Shown: positions 50,183 through 62,286 of the stretch, piece by piece | How the letters are laid out: each line of letters begins with the position of its first letter | How positions within the stretch are numbered: the stretch's first letter is position 1 | From: Candidatus Latescibacterota bacterium | GTDB lineage: Bacteria; Latescibacterota; UBA2968; UBA8231 | Length of the DNA stretch: 64,000 nucleotides | Direction: 5' to 3' | NCBI GenBank assembly: GCA_965248355.1 | Contig: OZ252098.1 | Coordinates: 4,992,001 to 5,056,000 of the forward strand | Made by a program: the position numbers and the translations under genes | The notes under the pieces: model-generated | Told to the model about the DNA's origin: nothing | Databases searched by the model: none | Seen by the model: the letters and a program-made list of their open reading frames with translations, nothing else

Positions 50183-50316
50183 TGGCCGCGGTCGGGGTGG
50201 TGCTGTCCCGGCGGCCAGAGGATCATCTGTCGCGGAAGCCTTTGCCAGATGCCGTACCAGTCGAGAGAAGGGGCGGGTTGGGGTTGCATGGTGAGCCGAC
50301 CTCGGGCGTTGCCCGC

Positions 50317-50583
50317 TCAGGCTGCCTCCGGTCCCGACAGGCGGGCGAAGACTTCGCCTGCCGTCATGTCCTCAATGTGCAGCCGCTTGTCCCGTCTTTT
50401 GTGTCCCCGCACGATGTTCACCCTGCCCTTGGCCACCTTGAGCCGCTTCGCCAGCAGGGCCACCACCGCGTCGTTGGCCTTGCCGCCTTCGGGAGCCGCC
50501 GTAATCCGCACCATCACTTTGTCGCCATTGACCTCGACGCTGTTGCGCCCGGCCTTCGGCTGCACCCGGATGTCGATCTCCAT
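50317..50583 (-). CDS. DUF167 (YggU/UPF0235) protein
   Basis: IRVQPKA...AAPEGGKAN...LAKRL...IVRGHKRRDK. Confidence 0.88.
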   Translation of the reverse strand: MEIDIRVQPKAGRNSVEVNGDKVMVRITAAPEGGKANDAVVALLAKRLKVAKGRVNIVRGHKRRDKRLHIEDMTAGEVFARLSGPEAA

Positions 50584-50621
50584 GTTGAGGGTACCCAGGC
50601 GAGGGTTGCCGCACTTGTCCT

Positions 50622-51746
50622 TCAGGCGCGGACCTCGAACCCGTTCTCGGCTCGTGCCTTCTGGTACGGAGCCTCCTCCAGAGTAAGACCGAAGCCGGGA
50701 CTGTGCGGCACATTCACGAGGCCGTCCGAGATGGAGTACCCGGAGTCGTCCAGGCCGGGAGTTGTGGCGTGGTCCCATTCGACGAACTCGAAGCGATCCA
50801 CTCTCGCCGCGAGGTGGCAGGAGACGTAGTTGCCGTAGTGGCCGCCATAGTGATGGGGCGCCGTGCCGACGCCGGATGCATCCAGTTCGGGTCCCAGTTC
50901 GAGCCAGCGGGAGAAGCCGGGGCGGAAGATGTCGTACTGGACAATGTCGATGAGCCCGTCTTTCGCCCAACTGAGGAGGTGAGATGAGGCATCACCCTCC
51001 CCATCGGCGATTCGGGTCTCCAGACCTTCGGCGTTCAGCCATTCCTTGAGCAAACCATGGAGGCGGGCATCTTCGTGGAAGGCCTCCTCCATCCAGTAGA
51101 CGTTGGCGCCGGCCGTTTCCGCCAGTACCTGTCTTGTGAGGTTGAGGTTGTAGCCGTTGTTCGCATCCAGCAGGATCGAAGCATCCGGTCCGACGGCCTC
51201 CCGCACGGCGTGGACCACGTCGATGTCCCGCTTCGTCCCTGAGTCGAGGGGCATGTGCACGGCTCCCCGCCCCACCTTGATCTTGAAGGCCTCGTGTCCC
51301 CGGGCCTTCCCCTCCAGTGCCTCGGAGGCGATGAGCGCCGCCGCTTCGGCATTCTCTTCGAGGTGCAGGTCATCGATGTAGAGCGAGGTGTCGTAGCAGG
51401 GAACGCGGAACGTCCCCTTCTCTCCGGAGAGCATCTCATAGACCGGCTTTCCCGCCAACTGTCCCACGAGATCCCAGAGCGGATACTCCAGCATTCTGAA
51501 TCCTTCGGTGACCCCACTCCCGGCCTGAAATGCGTCGCGGAGCTGAAACCCGACGACGGCTGCTGCTCTCTCCGGTGAAATCCACGAAGTCCCGAAGCCG
51601 CTGGCGCCGTCGGCCGTGGTCAGGCGAGCGATAGCGGGATGGACGTGCAGTCCGTGCTCACCGAGCCGGGAATTGCAGCCGGCTTTGCGGGGGCGTTCCC
51701 CGGTCAGACGGGCCCACTCGATTCGTTCGATTCGGATGTCTTCGAT
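50622..51746 (-). CDS. Mandelate racemase/MLE family enzyme; apparent ATC start
   Basis: The frame is open for 84 codons upstream of the listed ATG (EWARLTGERPRKAGCNSRLGEHG...). Motifs LWDLVG, KIKVGRG, DANNG, WMEEAF, ADGE. AGGAG lies 8 nt before ATC 51746. Confidence 0.82.
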   Translation of the reverse strand: MEDIRIERIEWARLTGERPRKAGCNSRLGEHGLHVHPAIARLTTADGASGFGTSWISPERAAAVVGFQLRDAFQAGSGVTEGFRMLEYPLWDLVGQLAGKPVYEMLSGEKGTFRVPCYDTSLYIDDLHLEENAEAAALIASEALEGKARGHEAFKIKVGRGAVHMPLDSGTKRDIDVVHAVREAVGPDASILLDANNGYNLNLTRQVLAETAGANVYWMEEAFHEDARLHGLLKEWLNAEGLETRIADGEGDASSHLLSWAKDGLIDIVQYDIFRPGFSRWLELGPELDASGVGTAPHHYGGHYGNYVSCHLAARVDRFEFVEWDHATTPGLDDSGYSISDGLVNVPHSPGFGLTLEEAPYQKARAENGFEVRA

Positions 51747-51873
51747 GGTTGCTCTCCTGGCAGGTGGCGCGGCCAGCCGGATGCGGCCTTATTGACTGCC
51801 ATGACGGGTCTCCGCCGGGTCGGCGGCCCATCCGGCAGCTCATCACGGGCTCCACGCCCCCAAGGAGGTACCT

Positions 51874-52208
51874 GTGGCGACGAAACGCTATCACCCCGCG
51901 ATCCTGGTGAGCTGCGAGATCCCCTGGGACGATGGGGAGAACCTGATCGAGGACGTCTTCCGCCAGGAAATCCGGGCGACGCTGGCCCAGTTCGACAACC
52001 TCTACATCTTCGGCACCGCCGGCGCCTGCAAGGACGCGGTGGGCAACCTCGTGGACCGGTTCGGGAGCCCACGAAGGCCTTCGGCGACCTGATCGACGGC
52101 GCCTACGACCAGATGATCGTGCGGGCCAGCGGCATCGACATGCCCCTCCGCCTGCTCGAGGCCTGCGTCGCCGGCCTGCGGGCCCGGCACCCCGAATGGC
52201 TGCCATGA
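51874..52208 (+). pseudogene. Internally deleted dihydrodipicolinate synthase family gene
   Basis: AAGGAGG RBS. N-terminus RYHPAILVSCEIPW...LYIFGTAG, then in another frame the C-terminal-like IDGAYDQM...MPLRLL...PEWL. Only 335 bp for a fold of about 300 aa. Confidence 0.6.
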
Positions 52209-53467
52209 CCACCGAGGACCTGAAGCAACGCCTCTTCGCCGAAGTCGACCGCAGGATGCCGGAGTTCCTGGGTGTGCTGCGCGACGTCGTCGCCATCCCC
52301 ACCGACAACCCGCCCGGCGACACCACCGCCTGCGTCGACTACCTGGTCCGCTACCTGCAATCGAAGGGCCTGCCCGCCGACGTCTACGAGCCGCAGCCGA
52401 CGGTGCAGAGCCTGGTCTCCTGGAAGAAGGGCCGCGAGGCCGGCCGCAACCTCGTCCTCAACGGCCACCTCGATCAGTTCCCGGCCGGCGACCCGGAGGC
52501 CTGGTCCTTCGATCCCTACTCCGGCGAGTGCCGGGACGGCCGCATCCTCGGCCGCGGCGTGGGCGACATGAAGGCGGGATCGGTGGCCTCCCTGCTGTCG
52601 CTGGTACTGCTTCACGAGCTCGACGCCCCGATCCGCGGCCAGCTCACCCTGACCCTGGTGGGCGACGAGGAGAGGGGCGGGGACTGGGGCTCCGACTGGC
52701 TGCTGGAGCACGTGCCCATGACCCGCGGCGACGCCTGCCTGAACAGCGAGCCCACCGGGATGGACCAGGTGCTGATCGGGCACAAGGGCAAGTACACGCT
52801 GCTCGTCGGCACCCGTCACGGCGGCGGTTTGGCGGCGGTGCCGGTGGAGGACGACGCCATCGCCAGGGCCATGACCGTGGCCGGGGCGCTGATGGAGCTG
52901 AAGGGCTGGCGTCTCGAGACCCCGCCCGAGGTGGCCGATGCCGTGGCCCGGGGGCGGGACCGGTCCGTGCGCGGCGGTGAGCTGGCGGGCAAGGGCTGGG
53001 TGGCGGACTCGACCACGGTCAACGTGGGGGTGATCCAGGGGGGCGTGCAGAGCAACACCATCCCCACGGACTGCCGCATGGAGATCGACCTGAGAACTCC
53101 CGTCGGCGTCTCCACCCGGGACCTGCAAAGGAAGGTGGAGGAGGTGCTGGCCGGCACGGGCCTCGACCGCGGGGAGATCGACCTGGAGTGGGTGGTGTGC
53201 CTGGAGTCGGCCTGGTCGGCTCCCGACGAGGAGATCGTGCGCACCGTGGCCGCCAACGCCCGCCGCATCACGGGGCGCGAGATCGAGGCCAACGTGAGCT
53301 ACGGCTCGACGGACACCCGCTTCTGGTGGCAGCGGGGCATCCCGGCGGCGATCTACGGCACCGGCCTGGAGAACATCGCCGTCCCCGACGAGCACATCCT
53401 CGAGCCCGAGTTCGGGCAGGTGCTGAAGGTCCACGCCGCCACCTGCGTCGACTACCTGTGCCGCTGA
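52205..53467 (+). CDS. M20 family peptidase (ArgE/DapE-like)
   Basis: PTDNPPG, LNGHLD, GRGVGDMK, GDEE, SEPT, NVGVIQGG, STD. Confidence 0.88.
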   Translation: MTTEDLKQRLFAEVDRRMPEFLGVLRDVVAIPTDNPPGDTTACVDYLVRYLQSKGLPADVYEPQPTVQSLVSWKKGREAGRNLVLNGHLDQFPAGDPEAWSFDPYSGECRDGRILGRGVGDMKAGSVASLLSLVLLHELDAPIRGQLTLTLVGDEERGGDWGSDWLLEHVPMTRGDACLNSEPTGMDQVLIGHKGKYTLLVGTRHGGGLAAVPVEDDAIARAMTVAGALMELKGWRLETPPEVADAVARGRDRSVRGGELAGKGWVADSTTVNVGVIQGGVQSNTIPTDCRMEIDLRTPVGVSTRDLQRKVEEVLAGTGLDRGEIDLEWVVCLESAWSAPDEEIVRTVAANARRITGREIEANVSYGSTDTRFWWQRGIPAAIYGTGLENIAVPDEHILEPEFGQVLKVHAATCVDYLCR

Positions 53468-53506
53468 TTTGAACAGGCCGGAGAGAACGGTCATCTTCTA
53501 CCGGCT

Positions 53507-54364
53507 ATGACCGCCCTGCACGCCTGCTTCGAGCTCACCAAGCCGCGCATCGTGGCCATGGTCCTGGTGGCCACCGCCCTGGGGTTCCACCTCGGCGGAC
53601 AGGGGGGGCCGGACGTTGCCATTCTCGCCCTGACCCTGCTCGGCACGGCCCTCACCGCTTCCGGCTCCGGCGTGCTCAATCACTACCTGGAGCGCGACGT
53701 GGACGCCCTCATGCGGCGCACCCGTTCCCGGCCCCTCCCGGCGGGCGATCTCCAGCCGTCGACGGCCCTCTCCCTCGGCTTCCTCCTGATCCTCGGCGGA
53801 CAGATCGTGCTCGTCCTCGGGGTGAACCTGCTCACCGCCTGGCTGGGGTTGCTGACCGCCTTCCTCTACGTCGTCATCTACACGCCGCTGAAGCGGCTCA
53901 CCTGGCTGAACACCTCCCTGGGCAGCATCCCCGGCGCCCTGCCGCCGGTGGGCGGATGGGCGGCGGCCACGGGCGGCCTCGACACCGGCGCCTGGGTGCT
54001 GTTCGCCATCCTCTTCGCTTGGCAGCACCCCCACTTCTACGCCATCGCCTGGATCTTCCGCGACGACTACCGGCGCGGCGGTTTCCGCATGCTCCCGGTG
54101 CTGGAGGAGCACGGGCATCGCACCTGCCGCCACATCCTGGCCTTCAGCCTGCTGCTGCTGGCCTGCTCGGTGCTGCCCACGGCCCTGGGCATGTCGGGGA
54201 TGCTCTACGGGGCGGGGGCCCTGGTCCTCGGCCTGCTGCTGCTCGCCCCCGGGGTGACCCTGGCGCGGTCCCGCGCCACCAGCGACGCCCGGCGCCTCCT
54301 GCGGGCCTCCGTCCTCTACCTGCCGCTCCTGTTCCTGCTCTCCATCGTCGACCAGAGCCTCTAG
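53507..54364 (+). CDS. cyoE: Protoheme IX farnesyltransferase (heme o synthase)
   Basis: LTKPRI, ERDVDALMRRTRSRPLP, YTPLKR, GALPP, WQHPHF. Confidence 0.95.
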   Translation: MTALHACFELTKPRIVAMVLVATALGFHLGGQGGPDVAILALTLLGTALTASGSGVLNHYLERDVDALMRRTRSRPLPAGDLQPSTALSLGFLLILGGQIVLVLGVNLLTAWLGLLTAFLYVVIYTPLKRLTWLNTSLGSIPGALPPVGGWAAATGGLDTGAWVLFAILFAWQHPHFYAIAWIFRDDYRRGGFRMLPVLEEHGHRTCRHILAFSLLLLACSVLPTALGMSGMLYGAGALVLGLLLLAPGVTLARSRATSDARRLLRASVLYLPLLFLLSIVDQSL

Positions 54365-54987
54365 CGGCCCAGCCACCGGAGGGCCTGGCGGTAGTCCGCC
54401 GGTTCGTTGAGGTTGGCCAGAAGCCGTCCGTGGACGTCGAAGCGCCGCCAGTGGGGCCTCGGCAGGAGCCGGGCGTCGATGGCCCGGACGAAGTCCCGGA
54501 CCCGCAGCCGTCGGGCCTCGATCCACTCGCCCAGCTGGGCCCGGCAGGAGGCGGGGTACACGGCGCACAGGGGGTGGCAGCGGCCGTCCTCCTCGGCCGG
54601 CACGACGGCAGATCCCCCCTCCCCCTGCGACACCAGGTAGGACAGGAAGGGCAGGGTCAGGAAGGGGAGGTCGCAGGCCAGCAGCAGCACGCGGTCGGCC
54701 CCGGTGGCCGCGAAGCCGGCCTCCAGGCCGCCGAGAGGTCCGGCGTCGGGGTGACGGTCGCGAAGCACGGGCCGGCCGAGCCGTTCCAGCAGCCGCCTGA
54801 GTTCGTCGCTGTCGGCCGCCGGCTCGCGGCCGGCCACCAGGCGCACGGGGTGGTCCAGGCCATCGGCCGTGTCGAGGATGCGCTCGAGGACCGTGCGGTC
54901 CCCGAGCGGCAGGGCCGCCTTGGCGCGGCCCCCCATGCGCCGGCTGCGGCCTCCCACGAGGATGGCGACAGCCGTCCCCGACGCCAA
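54361..54987 (-). CDS. mobA: Molybdenum cofactor guanylyltransferase
   Basis: ILVGGRSRRMG..KA, GPLGGL, LACDLP, HPLCAVY, NLNEP. Confidence 0.9.
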   Translation of the reverse strand: MASGTAVAILVGGRSRRMGGRAKAALPLGDRTVLERILDTADGLDHPVRLVAGREPAADSDELRRLLERLGRPVLRDRHPDAGPLGGLEAGFAATGADRVLLLACDLPFLTLPFLSYLVSQGEGGSAVVPAEEDGRCHPLCAVYPASCRAQLGEWIEARRLRVRDFVRAIDARLLPRPHWRRFDVHGRLLANLNEPADYRQALRWLGR

Positions 54988-54991
54988 GGGG

Positions 54992-55771
54992 CTACTCCGC
55001 GGGGGGGTGCGGGCCGGCGGAGCGGGCGTTGATCACCGCGGCCGAGTACCCGGCGCCGTAGCCGTTGTCGATGTTGACCACCAGGACCCCCGGGGCGCAG
55101 GAGTTGAGCATGGTCAGCAGGGCCGCCAGGCCGCCGAAGCTGGCCCCGTACCCCACGCTCGTGGGCACGGCGATGACGGGGGCTTCCACGAGACCGCCGA
55201 CGACGCTGGCCAGGGCGCCCTCCATGCCGGCGGTGACGACGATCACCCGGGCCTGGAGGAGGCGCTTGCGGCAGGCGAGGAGCCGGTGGATGCCGGCCAC
55301 GCCCACGTCGAAGATGCCCTCGGCGCGCGCGCCCATGGTCCGGGCCGTGACCAGGGCCTCGCGGGCCACGGGCACGTCGGAGGTGCCGGCCGACAGGACG
55401 AGGACGAGCCCGGCCGGCGTGGGCGAGGGCGCGTCCCCGGGGCGGATGACCACGGTGCGCGCCATCTCGTCGTGCTCGGCCGCGGGGAAGCGCTCGGTCA
55501 GGGCCCGGGCCGTGGCCGGCTCCGCCCGCGTGGCCAGAACCAGGGACCCGGCCGCCGCGAGGCGCTCGGCGATGGCCACCGTCTGCTGCGGCGACTTCCC
55601 CTCGCAGAAGATCGTCTCGGGATAGCCGAGCCGCAGGGCGCGGTGGTGGTCGACGCGGGCGAAGCCGAGATCCTCGAAGGGGAGGTTGCGCAGGCGCTCC
55701 AGGGCCTGCTCCGGGCTCGTGGCGCCGCCGGCGACCTGGTCCAGCAGGGCTCTGAGATGGGCTGCCTCCAC
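54992..55771 (-). CDS. larB: Nickel-pincer cofactor biosynthesis protein LarB (PurE-like)
   Basis: ARVDHHR...PETIFCEGK, AGTSD, DVGVAGIHRL, AGMEGAL, PTSVGYG, VNIDNG. Confidence 0.92.
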   Translation of the reverse strand: MEAAHLRALLDQVAGGATSPEQALERLRNLPFEDLGFARVDHHRALRLGYPETIFCEGKSPQQTVAIAERLAAAGSLVLATRAEPATARALTERFPAAEHDEMARTVVIRPGDAPSPTPAGLVLVLSAGTSDVPVAREALVTARTMGARAEGIFDVGVAGIHRLLACRKRLLQARVIVVTAGMEGALASVVGGLVEAPVIAVPTSVGYGASFGGLAALLTMLNSCAPGVLVVNIDNGYGAGYSAAVINARSAGPHPPAE

Positions 55772-55780
55772 GCTGGTCCC

Positions 55781-56605
55781 CTAGGAATCCCCCGCGGCCT
55801 CGACCTGGATCGAGAACCGGGCGGAGACCGTGTCGGAGGGCGAATCGATGGCGTCGGTCACGGCGATCTCGATCTCGTGCCGGGCCCCGGCCAGGGGGAT
55901 GAGCCGCACGCGGACCGTGTCGGCCTCCGCCGCCGGCCGCTGCTGGCGGATCCACCCCGCCCCCTCTTCGTCGGCGTGGTGCGACCCAACGCCGCCGAGG
56001 GCCCGCACCAGGGCCAGGATCTCCCCCGCCTCGTCGGTGAGGCGGACCCCGTTGTGGTCGGCCCAGGTGGAGGCCCCGGCGCGGAACCTCCACAGGTAGG
56101 TGAGATCGTCGCCGTCCTCGTCGTCGGCCAGGGCGGCCAGGATCAGCGTGTCGCGCGTGGTGATGGTGCGGCTCCCGGGGGCGGAGCGCAGGGCCGGCGG
56201 CCGCTGCACCACCTCGATCTGGAAGCTCTCCGTGGCGTCCTCGGTCTCCGGGGCGCCGTCCTGGATGAGCACCGTGATCAGGAAGACCTCGGAGGATCCC
56301 TCGATCGAGTTCGGCGCGATCCAGTCGGTGGCGCTCTTGGTGGAGTCGGTGAAGCTCCCGGCTTCGGCCTGCCACAGGTAGGAGAGGGGATCGTCGTCCT
56401 CGTCGGAGGCACCCACGCGCAGGGAGACCCGGCCGCCGCGCTTCACGTGGGTGGTATCGGCCTCCCGCATCTGGACCACGGGCGGCACGTTCGGCAGGTC
56501 CTGGTGGAAGACGGTGCAGGATCCGGCGGCCAGGGCCGCGGCGAGAACCGACAGGCTCAGGGGACCGAGGGCGGCGACGGGCGTGGACCGCCGTGGCCCG
56601 GTCAT
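55781..56605 (-). CDS. Hypothetical lipoprotein with two PKD/Ig-like modules
   Basis: Lipobox AGSC; repeated motif DEDDDPLSYLW / DEDGDDLTYLW. Confidence 0.65.
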   Translation of the reverse strand: MTGPRRSTPVAALGPLSLSVLAAALAAGSCTVFHQDLPNVPPVVQMREADTTHVKRGGRVSLRVGASDEDDDPLSYLWQAEAGSFTDSTKSATDWIAPNSIEGSSEVFLITVLIQDGAPETEDATESFQIEVVQRPPALRSAPGSRTITTRDTLILAALADDEDGDDLTYLWRFRAGASTWADHNGVRLTDEAGEILALVRALGGVGSHHADEEGAGWIRQQRPAAEADTVRVRLIPLAGARHEIEIAVTDAIDSPSDTVSARFSIQVEAAGDS

Positions 56606-57504
56606 TCGGGCAGCAGCAGCCCCAGGAGGCGCTCGAGGTCGTCGTCGCCGTAGAACTCGATCTCGATGCTTCCCTTGTCGCGCCGCCGCCGGATGGCGAT
56701 CGCCGTGGCGTAGCGCTGCCGGAGCCGCTCCTCGAAGTCGGCCAGCAGGGCCTCGGCGCCGCCGTCGCCGTCGGAGTCGCCGCCGCCGTCGGAGCCCTCC
56801 CGGTCCCGGCGGCGGTTGCCTCCCTTGCCGAGGCTGCGCACGGCGCGCTCGAGATCGCGCACCGTCATGCTCTCGGCGGCGCAGCGGCGGCCGAGGTCGA
56901 GGGCCTCCTTCTCGTCGAGGCTGACCAGGGCCCGGGCGTGGCCCATCTGCAGCTCGCCGGCGCGCAGCATCTCCTGGACCTCCTCGGGCAGCCGGAGCAG
57001 CCGCAGCGCGTTGGCCACCGTGGAGCGGTCCTTGCCGACGCGGGAGGCGATGTCCTCCTGGGTGAGCTGGCAGGTGCTCATGAGGGCGCGGTAGGCCTCG
57101 GCCTCCTCGACGGGGTTCAGGTCCTCGCGCTGGATGTTCTCGATCAGGGCCAGCTCCATCAGCTCCTGGGCCGACTCGATCTCGTGGACGATGGCCGGCA
57201 CCGTCTCCAGTCCGGCGAGCCGGGCGGCGCGCAGGCGCCGCTCCCCGAGGATGAGGTGGTAGCTGTTGGGGGAGGTGCGGTTGACGGCCAGGGGCTGGAT
57301 GATCCCCTTCTCGCGGATCGAGTCGGCCAGCTCGCGCAGCCCCTGGTCGTCGAAGTCGAGACGGGGCTGGTGAGGGCTGGGCTCGATGTCGCCCAGGGGC
57401 AGCTCGACGACCTGCACCTGGAGCTCGCCGTCGACGCTCTCCGGGTACTCCGTGATCAGGGCGTGGATGCCCTTGCCGAGCACCTCCCGGCGCCGCTTAG
57501 CCAT
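56602..57504 (-). CDS. parB: Chromosome partitioning protein ParB
   Basis: LGKG, QPR, GIIQP, GERRLRA, ENIQREDLNPVEEA, HTH GKDRSTVAN. Confidence 0.95.
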   Translation of the reverse strand: MAKRRREVLGKGIHALITEYPESVDGELQVQVVELPLGDIEPSPHQPRLDFDDQGLRELADSIREKGIIQPLAVNRTSPNSYHLILGERRLRAARLAGLETVPAIVHEIESAQELMELALIENIQREDLNPVEEAEAYRALMSTCQLTQEDIASRVGKDRSTVANALRLLRLPEEVQEMLRAGELQMGHARALVSLDEKEALDLGRRCAAESMTVRDLERAVRSLGKGGNRRRDREGSDGGGDSDGDGGAEALLADFEERLRQRYATAIAIRRRRDKGSIEIEFYGDDDLERLLGLLLPE

Positions 57505-58330
57505 GCTGGATGATCTCGCCGGCGAGGTTCATGTAGTTCTGGGCCCCGGAGGAGACGATGTCGTAGAGCACGATGGGCTGTCCGTGGCCCGGGGCCTCGG
57601 CGAGGCGGACGTTCCGGGTGATAGCCGTCTTGTAGACCTTGCTGCCGAAGTAGGAGCGCACCTCGTCGGCCACCTGGCGGGAGAGGTTGAGGCGCTGGTC
57701 GAACATGGTCAGCAGCACACCGGCGATCTGCAGCTTCTTGTTGAGATGGCGCTGGATCAGGCGGATCGTGTTCAGCAGCTTGCCGAGCCCCTCCAGGGCG
57801 TAGTACTCGCACTGGATGGGGATCAGCACCGAGTCGGCCGCGGTCAGGGAGTTGAGGGTCAGCTGGCCGAGGGAGGGCGGGCAGTCGAGGATGATGTACT
57901 CGTAGTCGCCGGCCACCTCGGCGAGGATGTTCTGCAGCTTCTGCTCGCGGGCGATCATGTTGACCAGCTCGACCTCGGCGCCGGCCAGATTGACGTGGGA
58001 CGGCACCAGGGACAGCAGCGGGATCTGGGTCTCGCGGCAGACGGCGGCCAGGGAGGCGTGGCCGAGGAGGGCGTGGTAGATGTTGGCCGCCTCGACCTCG
58101 CCGGCCTCGAGCCCGCAGCCGCTCGTGGCGTTGGCCTGGGGGTCCATGTCCACCAGCAGGGTCGGTTTCTCGGCCACCGCCAGACAGGCGGCGAGGTTGA
58201 CGGCCGTCGTCGTCTTGCCGACCCCGCCCTTCTGGTTGGCCACGGCCATGATCGCCGGCCGCGGCGCCGGCCGCCCGCCGGGTTGTGGGTCGGACGCGAC
58301 GCCTGGCGCTTCCTCGGTGATCGAGCTCAT
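57497..58330 (-). CDS. parA: Chromosome partitioning ATPase ParA/Soj
   Basis: NQKGGVGKTTT, DPQANAT, DCPPSLG, QCEYYALEG. Confidence 0.95.
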   Translation of the reverse strand: MSSITEEAPGVASDPQPGGRPAPRPAIMAVANQKGGVGKTTTAVNLAACLAVAEKPTLLVDMDPQANATSGCGLEAGEVEAANIYHALLGHASLAAVCRETQIPLLSLVPSHVNLAGAEVELVNMIAREQKLQNILAEVAGDYEYIILDCPPSLGQLTLNSLTAADSVLIPIQCEYYALEGLGKLLNTIRLIQRHLNKKLQIAGVLLTMFDQRLNLSRQVADEVRSYFGSKVYKTAITRNVRLAEAPGHGQPIVLYDIVSSGAQNYMNLAGEIIQHG

Positions 58331-58342
58331 TTCGGCATCTGG

Positions 58343-61051
<2,709 letters not shown>

Positions 61052-61136
61052 TCTCTTTAGATCGGGGTTGGGTGTGGAGGGAGGGGGCGGGAAGCTCGAC
61101 GAACCGCGCCGCAATCCGGCCGCAACGTACCGGCCG

Positions 61137-62153
61137 TCAGTCCCAAACCTTCTCCCAGGCGCTGCTGGCCGCCGACCGGTACAGGGCCAGGGCCGTGCGC
61201 AGCTCGCCCAGGGAGTGCTCGGCCGGCGCCGCCGGCTCGGCGCCGTCGAGGACGACGCGGGCGAAGTCCTCCAGCTGGGGCCCGAAGGACTTCGGGTAGC
61301 CGGCCGGATCCATGACCCGCCGCCCCTCGCGGTGATCGCCGTCGAACAGGCGGAGGCCGCCCTCGAAGCCGCCGTCGATCAGGATCTCCCCCCGGGTGCC
61401 GGTGATCCGCCACCAGGGGTCGGGGCCGAGGACGGTGTCGAGCATGAGGGCGTCGAAGCCGGCCACGAGGCCGGAGCGGAAGCGGAAGATGGCGCGGCAG
61501 AGGGACTCGCCCTCCATGCTCCCCAGGGGATGGCCGAGGACGGCGATGACCTCGTCGATCTCGCCGAGCCACATGCGCAGGGGGCGCATCCAGTGGGAGC
61601 CGCCGTCGATGACGATGCCCCCACCCGTGCGTCCCCGGTCGAGACGCCAGGCCCTGGCGTCGGGGAACCAGTAGGTGTCGAACTCGCAGACGAAGGCGGC
61701 GCGGGCGGTGACCACCTCGCCGATGGCTCCCTCCTCGATCAGCTCGGCGGCGCGCACGATCTCGGGCCAGTACTGGGCGTTCTCGGCGACCATGAAGGCC
61801 GTCTCCGCCCGGGCGGCGGCCTCGAGGATGCGGTCGCAGCCGTCGAGGGTGGGGGCCATGGGCTTCTCGAGCAGCACGTGCCGTCCGGCGGCCAGGCAGG
61901 CGGTGGCCGCCCACTCGTGCAGGTCGTGGGGCAGCATGATGTCGACGGCGTCGAAGTCGCCGGCATCGAGGGCCTCCTCGAGGGAGGTGAAGACCGAGGC
62001 CCCCGTCTCCGCGGCCACGGCCTCGGCCCGGGCCGGATCGGTGTCGACGGCGGCGGTGACCTCGATGCGGCCGCTGCCCTCGGCGATGCCGTCGAGATGG
62101 TACCGGGAGATGGCGCCGCAGCCGATGAGGGCGAGCTTGAGTCGTCGGGTCAT
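61137..62153 (-). CDS. Gfo/Idh/MocA family oxidoreductase
   Basis: IGCGAI, HVLLEKPMA, GGGIVIDGGSH. Confidence 0.9.
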   Translation of the reverse strand: MTRRLKLALIGCGAISRYHLDGIAEGSGRIEVTAAVDTDPARAEAVAAETGASVFTSLEEALDAGDFDAVDIMLPHDLHEWAATACLAAGRHVLLEKPMAPTLDGCDRILEAAARAETAFMVAENAQYWPEIVRAAELIEEGAIGEVVTARAAFVCEFDTYWFPDARAWRLDRGRTGGGIVIDGGSHWMRPLRMWLGEIDEVIAVLGHPLGSMEGESLCRAIFRFRSGLVAGFDALMLDTVLGPDPWWRITGTRGEILIDGGFEGGLRLFDGDHREGRRVMDPAGYPKSFGPQLEDFARVVLDGAEPAAPAEHSLGELRTALALYRSAASSAWEKVWD

Positions 62154-62188
62154 GGGTAGGGATTCCCGGGGAAAGGATTCTGCGAGCC

Positions 62189-62252
62189 ATCTTAAGGCCG
62201 CGGCCCAACCCCGGCAAGGGCATCGATCGGAGCCCCTCGCTTTGCCTATAAT
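62189..62252. promoter_or_regulatory. Divergent promoters between the oxidoreductase and the TonB receptor
   Basis: Minus strand TTGCCG-17 nt-TAAGAT (62217-62189); plus strand TATAAT at 62247-62252. Confidence 0.5.
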
Positions 62253-62286
62253 TCCGACGAACCGCTGAATAACCAGGGAGGATCCC

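Noticed and set aside
54992..55771. Lactate racemase / nickel-pincer system
   Set aside because: Only larB is present; larA, larC and larE are not in the window, and scattered lar genes are common.
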